A DNA stretch of 64,000 bases from an uncultured Pelagibacteraceae bacterium (GTDB lineage: Bacteria > Pseudomonadota > Alphaproteobacteria > Pelagibacterales > Pelagibacteraceae): assembly GCA_902567435.1 (NCBI GenBank), contig CACFMU010000002.1, positions 3,990 to 67,989 of the forward strand, in the 5' to 3' direction. Below are positions 10,487 to 20,937 of this stretch, piece by piece (the stretch's first letter is position 1; each line of letters begins with the position of its first letter). A model generated the notes under the pieces. The model did not search any database, was not told the origin of the DNA, and saw nothing but the letters and a program-made list of their open reading frames with translations. The position numbers and the translations under genes are program-made.

Positions 10487-10492
10487 AATAAT

Positions 10493-11479
10493 TTAGTTAA
10501 TTTTATTTTCTAAATCTCCTGAAGTATATTTTTCAGTTGAAAACTGTCCACCCTCTCTCCACATATAACAATATTTTTTTACCTCTTCTTCAAAATACCT
10601 AACACTAGGAATTCCTATTTCTGAATTAGTTTTATATTTCCCAGATAATATGTTGTCATATTTTAATAATCTTAGCTGATCGCTAGTAAGCAAAGGGTTG
10701 GGTAATAACTCGAAAAATCTTGCTGAAAATTTTGCTAACGGTAAAGGGAAAGGCATTAAAATTCTTTTTTTATTAATTAAATATAATAACTTTTGTAATA
10801 ATTCCTTAAAAGATATTATTTCGGGCCCTGTACATTCAATTATTTTTGAATAAATATTTTTAGAAATAATATGATTAATTGTATCAGTTAAATCTGAACA
10901 ATGAATTGGTGCAAATTTAGTCTTTCCTCCATAGTAAAGCGGAAATATTGGTAATCTATTTAAAAGTGTCATAAAATTAGTTGTAAAATTATCATCTACA
11001 GAATAAACGATTGATGGTCTTAAAATTGTTGCCAATGGAAAGTTTTTTAAAACATGATTTTCTCCTTCTAATTTACTTTTAGCATATTCAGAATCGACAG
11101 CATCATTTATTCCAAGTGCAGATAAATGAATAAAATGTTTTAAGTTATATTCTTTGCAAAGCTTGGCTAATAGAGATGGAAAAATGGAATGAATGTTTTT
11201 AAATGTATTTCCTTTTTTTTGTTCAAATAATATTCCTATTAAATTAATACAAATATCTGTTTTTTTAAAAAGAGCTCTTATCTTTTTTTCATCAAATATA
11301 TTGGCTTCTACAATATCAATATAGCCTGCATTTGCTTGGGTTTTTATAATGTAGCTTTTTTGATGAATATTTCTTGTTACAACAGTTACTCTATAATTAT
11401 TTTTAGTTAATTTTCTAATCAAGTTTCGACCAATTTGGCCACTACCTCCAAAAATTAGACAATGCTTTGAATTCGTCAT
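10493..11479 (-). CDS. Complex I NDUFA9-like NAD-dependent epimerase/dehydratase
   Basis: FGGSGQIG Rossmann motif, YAKSK, LRPSIV. Confidence 0.85.
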   Translation of the reverse strand: MTNSKHCLIFGGSGQIGRNLIRKLTKNNYRVTVVTRNIHQKSYIIKTQANAGYIDIVEANIFDEKKIRALFKKTDICINLIGILFEQKKGNTFKNIHSIFPSLLAKLCKEYNLKHFIHLSALGINDAVDSEYAKSKLEGENHVLKNFPLATILRPSIVYSVDDNFTTNFMTLLNRLPIFPLYYGGKTKFAPIHCSDLTDTINHIISKNIYSKIIECTGPEIISFKELLQKLLYLINKKRILMPFPLPLAKFSARFFELLPNPLLTSDQLRLLKYDNILSGKYKTNSEIGIPSVRYFEEEVKKYCYMWREGGQFSTEKYTSGDLENKIN

Positions 11480-11493
11480 ATATATATTTAAAA

Positions 11494-12108
11494 ATGAGTA
11501 ATAATATTAAATTGCACCAAAAAGATTTACCAGAAGATTTAGATTTAGGCAATGTGTTAGCAGTTGATGGCGAGTTCATGGGTCTTAATGTGAGAAGAGA
11601 CCCACTTTGTTTAATACAATTATCCTCAGGAAATTCAGATGCTCATATTGTTCAGCTTGATAGAGACAATTATGAAGCACCAAATTTAATAAAAATACTT
11701 AAAGATGAGGCTATTACAAAAATATTTCATTATGGCAGAGCAGATATGGCACATATTAAATATTATTTAAAAACTGAAACAAATAATATTCTAGATACTA
11801 AAATTGCATCTAAATTAGCCAGATCTTACTCTGATAATCATTCGTTGAAAACATTAATTAAAGAGTTTGTAAATATTGATGTAAGCAAACAATTTCAAAG
11901 TTCTGATTTTGGGGGTACACTTACACCAGCACAATTAAAATATTGTGCAAATGATGTTGTTTATCTTCATCAAATACACGAAGAGTTAATCAAAATACTT
12001 GAAAGAGAAAACAGAATAAAGCTTTATAAAGATTGTTTAAAGTTTTTAAAAATTAGAGTTGATCTTGACCTAGCTTTATTCAAAGATGATATTTGGTCAC
12101 ATCAATGA
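11494..12108 (+). CDS. rnd: Ribonuclease D-like 3'-5' exonuclease
   Basis: AVDGE, KIFHYGRAD, DTKIASKLAR, YCANDV. Confidence 0.88.
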   Translation: MSNNIKLHQKDLPEDLDLGNVLAVDGEFMGLNVRRDPLCLIQLSSGNSDAHIVQLDRDNYEAPNLIKILKDEAITKIFHYGRADMAHIKYYLKTETNNILDTKIASKLARSYSDNHSLKTLIKEFVNIDVSKQFQSSDFGGTLTPAQLKYCANDVVYLHQIHEELIKILERENRIKLYKDCLKFLKIRVDLDLALFKDDIWSHQ

Positions 12109-13073
12109 ACAAAAAAAAATTTACAAAAATTGCTAAAGACGTAATTGAATTAGAAATTAAAAGTTTACAAAAATTAAAAAAAAAAATTGATAATTCATTT
12201 AATAAAGCTGTAAACGAAATAGCAAAATGTCAATCCAAGGTAATTGTATGCGGGGTTGGGAAAAGTGGTCTAATAGCATCTAAGATAGCAGCAACACTTT
12301 CTTCTGTGGGGACACCTGCGTTTAATCTATCTGCAAGTGACTCATCTCATGGAGATTTGGGATCTATTCAAAAAAAAGATGTTTTAATATTATTAAGCTA
12401 TTCTGGACAAACTAATGAACTTAAAAATATTATACAGTATGCAAATAGAAATAAGGTATTATTGATTGGAATAATGTCAAAGAAAGACTCTATTTTGTAC
12501 AAAGCCTCAGACATAAAATTATTAATTCCACAAGTAGTTGAGTCAGGAGGTATAGTTCCAACATCAAGCACTACTGTTCAACTTGCTCTTGGTGATGCTC
12601 TAGCTATAGCTGCTATGCAATATAAGAATTTTGGAAAATTAGATTTTAAAAAAATTCATCCTGCTGGTAATTTAGGCTTAAAACTTAAAACAGTTGAAGA
12701 TCTAATGGTTACTGGTGCTCAAATTCCTTTTGTACAAGATAATATTAATATGAAAAAAGCTTTGGAAATTTTAAATAAAAAGAAATTAGGTTTTTTGATT
12801 ATTCAAAATAAAAATAAAAAAACAATTGGTATTATAACCGATGGTCAAATCAGAAGGTTTAAAACAAAGAAAAATAATTTTCATTCTTTAAAAGTCAAAA
12901 ATGTAATGACTAAAAACCCTATAAGTGTTGATAAAGATATGTTGGCTGCTAAAGCACTAGCGCTTATGAATCATAAAAAAATTACTTCTTTAAGTGTTTT
13001 TAATATAAAGGATAAGTCTAAGACAATTGGAGTAATTCACATACATAATATTCTTGCGTCTAATATTGTGTAA
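12105..13073 (+). CDS. kdsD: Arabinose-5-phosphate isomerase (KpsF/GutQ, SIS+CBS)
   Basis: GVGKSG, HGDLG, PTSST, HPAG, CBS pair. Confidence 0.92.
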   Translation: MNKKKFTKIAKDVIELEIKSLQKLKKKIDNSFNKAVNEIAKCQSKVIVCGVGKSGLIASKIAATLSSVGTPAFNLSASDSSHGDLGSIQKKDVLILLSYSGQTNELKNIIQYANRNKVLLIGIMSKKDSILYKASDIKLLIPQVVESGGIVPTSSTTVQLALGDALAIAAMQYKNFGKLDFKKIHPAGNLGLKLKTVEDLMVTGAQIPFVQDNINMKKALEILNKKKLGFLIIQNKNKKTIGIITDGQIRRFKTKKNNFHSLKVKNVMTKNPISVDKDMLAAKALALMNHKKITSLSVFNIKDKSKTIGVIHIHNILASNIV

Positions 13074-13640
13074 ATGAAAAAAAAAAATATTATATTTTTT
13101 TTAATTATATTTTCACTTATTTTTACATTAATTATATATCTTAAGTACTCAAAAAAAGAGAGCGTTGCTAAAATAGAAAAAGAAGTTTTAGAAGAAACTT
13201 ATAAATCAAATATAATCGAAGATGTTAATTATTCATCAAAAGATGTCAGAGGAAACGAATACACCGTAAATGCAGTTAAAGGTGAAATTGATTATGATAA
13301 TCCTAACACAATATTTCTTACAGATGTAAAGGCTGTAGTTAAATTAACAAACTCAAATAACGTTACTATAACTTCAGACTATGGAAAATATAATACTAAT
13401 AATTTTGATACTATTTTTTCAAAAAATGTAATTATTACTTATTTAGATAATAAAATTTCAGGCGAATATCTTGATTTTTCATTAAAAAGAAATTCAATGA
13501 TTATTTCAAGAAAAGTAGTCTATACAAATCTTGAAAATATTCTAAAAGCAGATGTTATTGAAATTAATATTACCACTAAAGACACAAAAATATTTATGTA
13601 TAAAGACAATAAAAAAGTGAATATAAAAAGCAAAGATTAA
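13074..13640 (+). CDS. lptC: LPS export protein LptC-like
   Basis: N-terminal TM then beta-rich domain; position between kdsD and lptB. Confidence 0.65.
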   Translation: MKKKNIIFFLIIFSLIFTLIIYLKYSKKESVAKIEKEVLEETYKSNIIEDVNYSSKDVRGNEYTVNAVKGEIDYDNPNTIFLTDVKAVVKLTNSNNVTITSDYGKYNTNNFDTIFSKNVIITYLDNKISGEYLDFSLKRNSMIISRKVVYTNLENILKADVIEINITTKDTKIFMYKDNKKVNIKSKD

Positions 13641-13641
13641 A

Positions 13642-14418
13642 ATGGCTGTTATAAAAAAATTTAGAATTAAATCATTTAAAAAAATAAATTCAGTAATTGA
13701 ATTTAATAATGTTTCTTTAGCTTACGGAAATAGACTAATTTTAGATAACATTAATTTTAAAATCAACGAGGGTCAAATTTTTGGAATGCTTGGACCAAAT
13801 GGTGTCGGTAAATCTACAATCTTTAATCTTATCACGGGATTAATTGGTCCTAAGAGTGGAATTATTAAAATTAATGGAGAAGATGTAACTCAATATCCAA
13901 TTTACCTAAGAAGCAAAAAATTTAAAGTTGGTTACGTTCCTCAGTATGGAGGTTTTTTTAATGAACTTACTCTCCAAGATAATCTTAGAGCTATAAGTGA
14001 AATTGTAATAGAAGATAAAAATTTTAGAAACGATAAGATTAATTATTTAATTTCAAAGTTTGAACTTGATAACTTAAAAGATATTAAAGCCAAATTTTTA
14101 TCTGGTGGACAAAAGAAAAAATTAGTAATTGCTTTGTCTCTCCTAAGTGATCCAAAAGTACTTCTTTTAGATGAATGTTTTGCTGCACTAGATGTTTTAA
14201 CTATTAAAATGTTGCAAGAAACTATAGTAAATTTACAACAAGAAAACTCAATTACAATTTGTATATGCGATCACCAAGCAAGAGATTTGCTTGCGTGTGT
14301 TGATATTGCAATGATCTTGAATAATGGAAAAGTTATAGCTCAAGATACACCTTCAGAATTAGTAAATAATATTAATGCAAAAAATGCTTATTTTGGTGAG
14401 AGCTTTAGCTTCAAATAG
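13642..14418 (+). CDS. lptB: LPS export ABC ATPase
   Basis: GPNGVGKST, LSGGQ, LLDE; gene context. Confidence 0.85.
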   Translation: MAVIKKFRIKSFKKINSVIEFNNVSLAYGNRLILDNINFKINEGQIFGMLGPNGVGKSTIFNLITGLIGPKSGIIKINGEDVTQYPIYLRSKKFKVGYVPQYGGFFNELTLQDNLRAISEIVIEDKNFRNDKINYLISKFELDNLKDIKAKFLSGGQKKKLVIALSLLSDPKVLLLDECFAALDVLTIKMLQETIVNLQQENSITICICDHQARDLLACVDIAMILNNGKVIAQDTPSELVNNINAKNAYFGESFSFK

Positions 14419-14424
14419 GTATTA

Positions 14425-15744
14425 ATGTCCAGCCCAGTAATAATAAAAAAAAGATTAAAAGATTTTGATAAAGAAATATTTGTTAGTGGAGACAAAAGTA
14501 TTAGTATTAGATGGGTTTTACTTGCATCACTAGCAAATGGAAATTCTAAAGCTCAAAACTTATTACTTTCTGATGATGTTAAAGCGGCGATTAAAACAGT
14601 TAGGAAATTAGGGATTAAAGTTATTATAAAAAATAATTTCTGTAAAATTTATGGAAAAGGAATTGACGGATATAAATACAAAAATAATCTTACTCTTAAT
14701 GCTGAAAATTCAGGAACACTAGGAAGACTTATTCTTGGTTTTTTAATTAATACTACAAAACAAATAAAGCTTATTGGTGATAAAAGTTTATCAACAAGAG
14801 ATTTTAAAAGAATATCGGACCCTTTAAGTAAATTTGGAGGTATTTTTAAATTAAAAAATAAAAAAAACTTACCTTTAACTATTAATAGTCCAAAAAATTT
14901 AAAGCCTATATCTTATCTAGAAAACAAAGGATCAGCACAATGTAAAAGTGCCGTAATTTTTGCAGGTATGAGAACTGAAGGAACTACGATTATTAAAGCA
15001 AAAAAATCAAGAAATCATACTGAACTGATGTGTAAACATCTTAAATTACCAATTACAGTTAAGAACAATAAAATTTATGACTTAATAAAAGTAAAAAAAG
15101 TAAACAAAATTAAAGCATTTAATTATATTATTCCATCAGATATCAGCTCTAGTGCTTTTTTTATCATTCTAACATCATTGTCAAAAAATTCAAAATTACT
15201 CATTAAAAATGTAAATATTAATCCTTCAAGAGTAGCTGTCATTTCTATTTTAAAAAGGATGGGTGCAAAAATTATTTTTCAAAATCAAAAAATTTATAAA
15301 GGTGAAAAAATTGCTGATATTAAAGTTGAAGGTGGAAAAAAACTTAGAGCTATTAATTGTCCTACAAAATTTAATAGTGGTGCAATTGATGAATTTTTAA
15401 TAATATTTATATTGGCTGCTAAAGCTAAAGGTGTTTCATATTTTAAAGATTTAGCTGAATTAAACCAAAAAGAGAGTCCTAGACTAAAATGGGGTGCAAA
15501 AATTCTTGATTTAATGGGTGTAAAAAATATTGTAACAAGCAATTCTATAAAAATTTTTGGTAACCCGAATTTAAAAGTAGAAAAAAAGATAGTAATTAAA
15601 AATTACTTAAAAGATCATAGAGTGTTTATGACTTGTGTTGTTGCAAGTCTTTCATTTGGTGGTGAGTGGCACATACATGATAAAGACTCAATTAAAACGT
15701 CTTTTCCTAGTTTTTTAAAAATTTTAAATCAAATAAAAAATTAA
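14425..15744 (+). CDS. aroA: EPSP synthase
   Basis: GDKSIS, ENSGT, SAQCKSA, RNHTE, KESPR, DHR. Confidence 0.93.
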   Translation: MSSPVIIKKRLKDFDKEIFVSGDKSISIRWVLLASLANGNSKAQNLLLSDDVKAAIKTVRKLGIKVIIKNNFCKIYGKGIDGYKYKNNLTLNAENSGTLGRLILGFLINTTKQIKLIGDKSLSTRDFKRISDPLSKFGGIFKLKNKKNLPLTINSPKNLKPISYLENKGSAQCKSAVIFAGMRTEGTTIIKAKKSRNHTELMCKHLKLPITVKNNKIYDLIKVKKVNKIKAFNYIIPSDISSSAFFIILTSLSKNSKLLIKNVNINPSRVAVISILKRMGAKIIFQNQKIYKGEKIADIKVEGGKKLRAINCPTKFNSGAIDEFLIIFILAAKAKGVSYFKDLAELNQKESPRLKWGAKILDLMGVKNIVTSNSIKIFGNPNLKVEKKIVIKNYLKDHRVFMTCVVASLSFGGEWHIHDKDSIKTSFPSFLKILNQIKN

Positions 15745-16400
15745 TGATCAAAAGAAAAAATATTTTAAAAATAGCAATTGATTCACCAGCAGCAGCTGGA
15801 GCTGGAACTTTAGCAAAAGCTATATCAAAACATTACAATCTATTTTATCTAGATACAGGAAAAATATATAGAATGATTGCATACTTAAAATTAAAGTATC
15901 CTAAAAAATTCAATCAAAAATTTATTAAATCAAAAATAAAATCTTTAAGAGTTAAAGACTTAGCTAAAAAGGCACTATTATCTGATGAAGTAGGTACAGA
16001 AGCTTCTATAATATCAAAAGTAAAATTAACAAGAAAACTTGTACATTCTTTTCAATTAAATTTCGCATACAATCCACCAAAAAAATATGATGGGTCATGT
16101 TTGGATGGAAGAGATATCACCTACAATATTGTGCCCGATGCTGAGTTTAAGTTTTTTATTACTGCCAGTGTAAAAACAAGAGCCTTAAGACGATATAAAG
16201 AACTAAAAAGTTTAAAAAAAATAATTTCTTATGATGAAGTGCTTAAAAGTATCAAAAAACGGGATAAAAGTGACTACAATAGAAGAATTTCACCCCTTAA
16301 GAAAACAAAAGATTCGGTATTGATTAACACCACAAATTTATCTAAAAGAGCGTGTTTTTTAAAAATAAAAAAAATTATAGACAAAAAAATTAATATTTAA
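15744..16400 (+). CDS. cmk: Cytidylate kinase (degenerate P-loop)
   Basis: LDTGKIYR, DGRDI, RD..D..R..SPL; aroA-cmk-rpsA synteny. Confidence 0.9.
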   Translation: MIKRKNILKIAIDSPAAAGAGTLAKAISKHYNLFYLDTGKIYRMIAYLKLKYPKKFNQKFIKSKIKSLRVKDLAKKALLSDEVGTEASIISKVKLTRKLVHSFQLNFAYNPPKKYDGSCLDGRDITYNIVPDAEFKFFITASVKTRALRRYKELKSLKKIISYDEVLKSIKKRDKSDYNRRISPLKKTKDSVLINTTNLSKRACFLKIKKIIDKKINI

Positions 16401-18127
16401 TGGAAATTTATAAAGACTTATCAAGCACAGCATCTCAAGAATTCGAAAAACTATTAAACAGCCAACTTTCAAAAGTCCAAATTGAAGAAGGAAAAATTAT
16501 TGAAGGTAAGATTAACAAAATTACTGAAAAGTTTGTTTTCTTATTTGTTGAAGGTTTAAAAAGTGAACCTGTTTTAGATATCAACGAACTAAAAAGCATG
16601 GGTCTAGCTGATAAAATAAAAGTGGGTGAAACAATATCAGTATTATTAGAAAAAATTGAAGATAAACATGGTGAAGTTTTAGTTTCTGCTAGTAAAGCTC
16701 AAAAAATCAAAGGTTGGGATAGACTTGTAGAAGCATATGAGAAAAATGAACCAATCATGGGTAAAATTACATCTAAATGTAAGGGTGGATGCATTGTTGA
16801 ACATATAGATACTGGCTCTTTAATGTTTTTACCAGGATCGCAAATAAGCGATAAGCCATTAAAAGATATAAGTCATTTAATGAATGAACCACAAAAATTT
16901 GCACTGATTAAATTAGATAAAGTTAGAGGAAACGCATGTGTTTCAAGAAGAGAAATCATTTCATCTTTCAAAAAAGAAGATAAAGCAAAAATTATAGAAA
17001 AATATAAAGTTGGAGACATTATTAAGGGAGCTGAAGTCAAGGGTTACAGTTCATTTGGATGTTTCTTTAGTGTTAACGGTGAATTAGATGTATTGGTTCA
17101 TTTACAAGAAATTTCTTATTCAAGAGTAAACCATCCAGATGAAGTATTTAATATTGGTGAAAAGCATGATCTAAAAGTTATAACTGTAGATAAAGATAAA
17201 TTACAAGTTGGTTGTTCGGTGAAACAATTATCACCTGATCCTTTTGAGCATATTGAAAATTATGAATTAAATAAAATTTATAAAGTTAAAGTTTCTAAAT
17301 TAATGGATTTTGGCGCATTCTGTGAACTAGAACCAGGTCTTACAACATTGCTTCATTCTAGTGAACTTAGTTGGACTAAAAAAAATATTTCTGCAAAAAA
17401 AATGTTTAAAGTTGGTGATGAGATAGATTGTGTGATTACTGAAATAGATAAAGAAAAAAGACGTGTTGCAATCTCACACAGATTAACGCAAGAAAATCCA
17501 TTTGAAACTTTTGAGAAAAAATACCCTGTTGGAACTATTATTGAAAGTGAAGTAGTTAATAAAAATGAGTATTCATTATTTGTAAAAGTAGAAGACTTAG
17601 ATGTAGATGCATTTTTACATTGTAATGATTTAACATACTTAAATAATGGCGAGCAAGAATTAGAAAAATATAAAAAAGGAGATAAAATTAAAGTTAAAGT
17701 ACTTGAAGTTAAAGTTTCAGAACAAAAAATTAGAGTCGGTTTAAGACAAACACAAGCAGATCCTTTTGAGTGGTTTAAAGACAAAGCTAAAAACCAAACA
17801 ATCACAGTCAAAGTAATCTCAACTGACAATAAAGGATTAATGGTTAGACCTGAAGGTTGTGAAATGGATTTTCAGATTAAAAAATCGGCAATTGCAATTA
17901 ATGCAGCCGATGCAAGACCAAGTAGATGGACAGGTGGTGAAAAACTTGATTGTGCAATAGCTGATCTTGATTCAGACAAAAGAAAAGTTACATTAAGTAT
18001 TAAATTACAAGAAGAAATTGAGAAAAAAGAAGCTTTAGACAAATATGGATCTGAAGGTTCAGGTAAAAACTTACCGTTCTCATCACTTTCTGAAGATTTA
18101 AAGAAAAAAGAAGAAGATAAAGAGTAA
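16400..18127 (+). CDS. rpsA: 30S ribosomal protein S1
   Basis: Repeated S1 domains (FLPGSQ, FGAF, LLHSSELSW). Confidence 0.95.
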   Translation: MEIYKDLSSTASQEFEKLLNSQLSKVQIEEGKIIEGKINKITEKFVFLFVEGLKSEPVLDINELKSMGLADKIKVGETISVLLEKIEDKHGEVLVSASKAQKIKGWDRLVEAYEKNEPIMGKITSKCKGGCIVEHIDTGSLMFLPGSQISDKPLKDISHLMNEPQKFALIKLDKVRGNACVSRREIISSFKKEDKAKIIEKYKVGDIIKGAEVKGYSSFGCFFSVNGELDVLVHLQEISYSRVNHPDEVFNIGEKHDLKVITVDKDKLQVGCSVKQLSPDPFEHIENYELNKIYKVKVSKLMDFGAFCELEPGLTTLLHSSELSWTKKNISAKKMFKVGDEIDCVITEIDKEKRRVAISHRLTQENPFETFEKKYPVGTIIESEVVNKNEYSLFVKVEDLDVDAFLHCNDLTYLNNGEQELEKYKKGDKIKVKVLEVKVSEQKIRVGLRQTQADPFEWFKDKAKNQTITVKVISTDNKGLMVRPEGCEMDFQIKKSAIAINAADARPSRWTGGEKLDCAIADLDSDKRKVTLSIKLQEEIEKKEALDKYGSEGSGKNLPFSSLSEDLKKKEEDKE

Positions 18128-18140
18128 AAGAAGATTAAAA

Positions 18141-18434
18141 TTGGCTATTGTAAAATCAAAGCTTTTAAAACAACTCTCAAATAATTATCCTAATTTTCTA
18201 AAAAAAGACCTTGAAAAATTTACCAATATTATTCTTAGTGAAATTAAAAATGCCCTTAGAAGAGGAGATCGTGTTGAATTAAGGGGTTTTGGTGTTTTTT
18301 CAACGAATATCCAAAAAGCAAGAATTTCAAGGAATCCAAAAACAGGAGAGAAAGTCAATACACCTCAAAAAAAAACAATTCACTTTAAAATGTCAAAAGA
18401 CTTGTTTAAAAAATTAAACAATGAAGAAGAATAA
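18141..18434 (+). CDS. ihfB: Integration host factor beta subunit
   Basis: RVELRGFGVF, RNPKTGE; follows rpsA. Confidence 0.9.
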   Translation: MAIVKSKLLKQLSNNYPNFLKKDLEKFTNIILSEIKNALRRGDRVELRGFGVFSTNIQKARISRNPKTGEKVNTPQKKTIHFKMSKDLFKKLNNEEE

Positions 18435-19092
18435 AATATTCATAGCTTGTGACAGCACAAATATTCCAAGAATTAAAGAAATAATAAAAAAATCAAATAC
18501 TTCCAAATTAAAGATAGGTTACAAGTTTGGATTAGAGTTTTTAAATTCCAAAAATGGAAGAAAATTTGTTTCACAATTAAAAGATCAAATAACTTTTGGA
18601 GATTACAAATTTTCAGATATCCCAAATACTTGTGCTTCAGCTATAAAGGCAATTAAAGATCTTAAATTTAATTATTGTACTATGCACATTAGTTCTGGAT
18701 TGGAAGCATTAAAAGCTGCCAAGAGAGCCTCTGGTAGAACTAAATTAGTAGGAGTTACTATTCTAACATCAATAGATAATAAAGCTCTAAAAGAAATTGG
18801 TTTTAATAAAGATGTTAAAAAATTAGTCTACCAACAAGCTAAGTTAGCTAATAAAGCAAAATTAGACGCTATTGTTTGTAGTGCACAAGAAGTAAAAATA
18901 GTTAGAAAAGTATTCAAAAAAGAAATCATTACACCTGGAATAAGATTTGATTCAAAATTAAATGATCAAAAAAGAATTTTAACCCCTAAACAGGCATACA
19001 AAAATGGAAGTGATTGGCTTGTTATTGGAAGACCAATTACTAAAGGCAACATTAAAAATAATATTCTAACATTAATCAATCATTTAAACTAA
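18421..19092 (+). CDS. pyrF: Orotidine-5'-phosphate decarboxylase
   Basis: DYKFSDIPNT, TPGIR, VIGRPIT. Confidence 0.94.
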   Translation: MKKNKIFIACDSTNIPRIKEIIKKSNTSKLKIGYKFGLEFLNSKNGRKFVSQLKDQITFGDYKFSDIPNTCASAIKAIKDLKFNYCTMHISSGLEALKAAKRASGRTKLVGVTILTSIDNKALKEIGFNKDVKKLVYQQAKLANKAKLDAIVCSAQEVKIVRKVFKKEIITPGIRFDSKLNDQKRILTPKQAYKNGSDWLVIGRPITKGNIKNNILTLINHLN

Positions 19093-19718
19093 TGAAAGGT
19101 TCTAAGATTTGTGGGATCTCAGATCTTAATACTCTTGATTTTATAATTAATCATCAATATCCACCTCAATTTATTGGTTTTATTTGTAATTATAAAAAAA
19201 GCTCAAGATATGTTGAGATTGAAAAGCTAAATGAATTATTAAAATTAGATAAAAAGAATTCTTATTTTGTAGCTGTGCTTGTTAAACCTGATGAAGATAT
19301 TTTAGAGAAAATTAAACATCTCCCTTTTGATTATTATCAATTATATGACTGTACACCTGAAGAGATCAAAGAAATTAAAAAAAAGTATAATAGAAAAATT
19401 ATTACTGCTTTAACTGTAAAAGATAAAAATGATGTTCAAAAACATAATTTATTTTCTGAAGTAACTGATATTTATTTATTTGACAGCAAAGGCTACGAAA
19501 AAAGTATGGCTTTTGACCATGAACTTATTCAAAAAATAAAGATTAACAAACCATTAATGCTAGCTGGCAACATACAAATAAATGATAATCTTGAAAATTA
19601 TAAAAAAATAGCAGATATTATAGATATATCTGGGGGTCTGGAAACTTCTGGGGTAAAAGATAAATCCAAAATAGATATATTTTTAAATAAGATAAAACAG
19701 GTACACAATGAAACTTAA
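19092..19718 (+). CDS. trpF: Phosphoribosylanthranilate isomerase
   Basis: KICGI, LAGNI, DISGGLE. Confidence 0.92.
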   Translation: MKGSKICGISDLNTLDFIINHQYPPQFIGFICNYKKSSRYVEIEKLNELLKLDKKNSYFVAVLVKPDEDILEKIKHLPFDYYQLYDCTPEEIKEIKKKYNRKIITALTVKDKNDVQKHNLFSEVTDIYLFDSKGYEKSMAFDHELIQKIKINKPLMLAGNIQINDNLENYKKIADIIDISGGLETSGVKDKSKIDIFLNKIKQVHNET

Positions 19719-20937
19719 AAAAGGAATTCCATTAATTGATCAGCATGATCAACACGGTTTTTGGGGTGGTAAATTTGGAGGAAGTTTTATTCCTGAGACC
19801 TTAAAAAAGCCTGTCGAAGATTTAACAAACGAATTTAAAAAACTAAGAAAAGATAAAAAATTTCTTAAAAAAAGAGACCATTATTTCAAAAATTATATAG
19901 GAGCTCCTACTTCATTTGTAAAACTTAATAATTTAACAAATCAACTAGGTGGTGCTCAAATTTGGGCGAAAGTTGTATCTGAAGCAAACGGAGGCGCGCA
20001 CAAGATATATAATGCAACTGTTCATGCTCTTATTTGTAAGGCGATGGGTAAAAAATACATAGTCGGAGACACCGGAGCAGGTTATGCGGGAAAAATGTTA
20101 AGTATGGCAGCTAAAAAATTTGGCCTTAAGTGCAAAATATTCATGGGCGCGAAAGATATTAAAAGACAAAAACCTAACTGCGATGCAATGAGAAAGAATG
20201 GAGCTGAAATAGTTCCTGTTTACTCTGGAAGCCAAACGCTAGTTGATGCTGTAAGTGAATGTATGAGATACTGGGTATCAAATTGTGATAACACCCACAT
20301 GTGTGTTGGAAGTACCGTTGGTCCAAATATATTTGTTAAAATCTGTGGCTGGAGCACAGCGCAAATTTCTAGAGAATTAAAAGTACAATTAAAATCAGAA
20401 TTTAAAAAAATACCAAATAAAATAAAATTGATTAACTGTGTTGGCGGCGGAAGTTCAGCATATGGATTTTGGAGTGAGTTTATTGACTATGATAAAAAAC
20501 AGATTGAATTAATTGGTGTTGAGGCGGGTGGACCTAAAAATTCAAAACTGCACGCAGCTCCATTAAGCCGTAAAACTAAAATTGGAATATTACATGGAGC
20601 AGCCTCTTATGTATGTCAGAATAAAGAGGGACAAATAAATGAGACCGAGTCTATAAGTGCTGGACTAGACTATCCTGGTGTAAGTCCTATGCACTGTTTT
20701 TTAAAGGATACTAAAAGAGCAAGATATACATATGTAACTGATGAAGAAGCATTAGATGCACATCAAATGGTAACCAAATTTGAAAATTTGAATCCTAGCT
20801 TAGAACCAAGTCATGCATTTGCAGAGGCAATTAAAATTGCTCCTAAATTAAGTAAAGATACAATTATAATTGTAAATTCATGTGGTGATGCAAAAAAAGA
20901 TAGAGATATTTTAAGAGAAAGATTGGGTAAAAAATAA
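19708..20937 (+). CDS. trpB: Tryptophan synthase beta chain (divergent)
   Basis: GAHK PLP lysine, CVGGGS, SISAGLDYPGV; in the trpFBA cluster. Confidence 0.92.
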   Translation: MKLKKGIPLIDQHDQHGFWGGKFGGSFIPETLKKPVEDLTNEFKKLRKDKKFLKKRDHYFKNYIGAPTSFVKLNNLTNQLGGAQIWAKVVSEANGGAHKIYNATVHALICKAMGKKYIVGDTGAGYAGKMLSMAAKKFGLKCKIFMGAKDIKRQKPNCDAMRKNGAEIVPVYSGSQTLVDAVSECMRYWVSNCDNTHMCVGSTVGPNIFVKICGWSTAQISRELKVQLKSEFKKIPNKIKLINCVGGGSSAYGFWSEFIDYDKKQIELIGVEAGGPKNSKLHAAPLSRKTKIGILHGAASYVCQNKEGQINETESISAGLDYPGVSPMHCFLKDTKRARYTYVTDEEALDAHQMVTKFENLNPSLEPSHAFAEAIKIAPKLSKDTIIIVNSCGDAKKDRDILRERLGKK

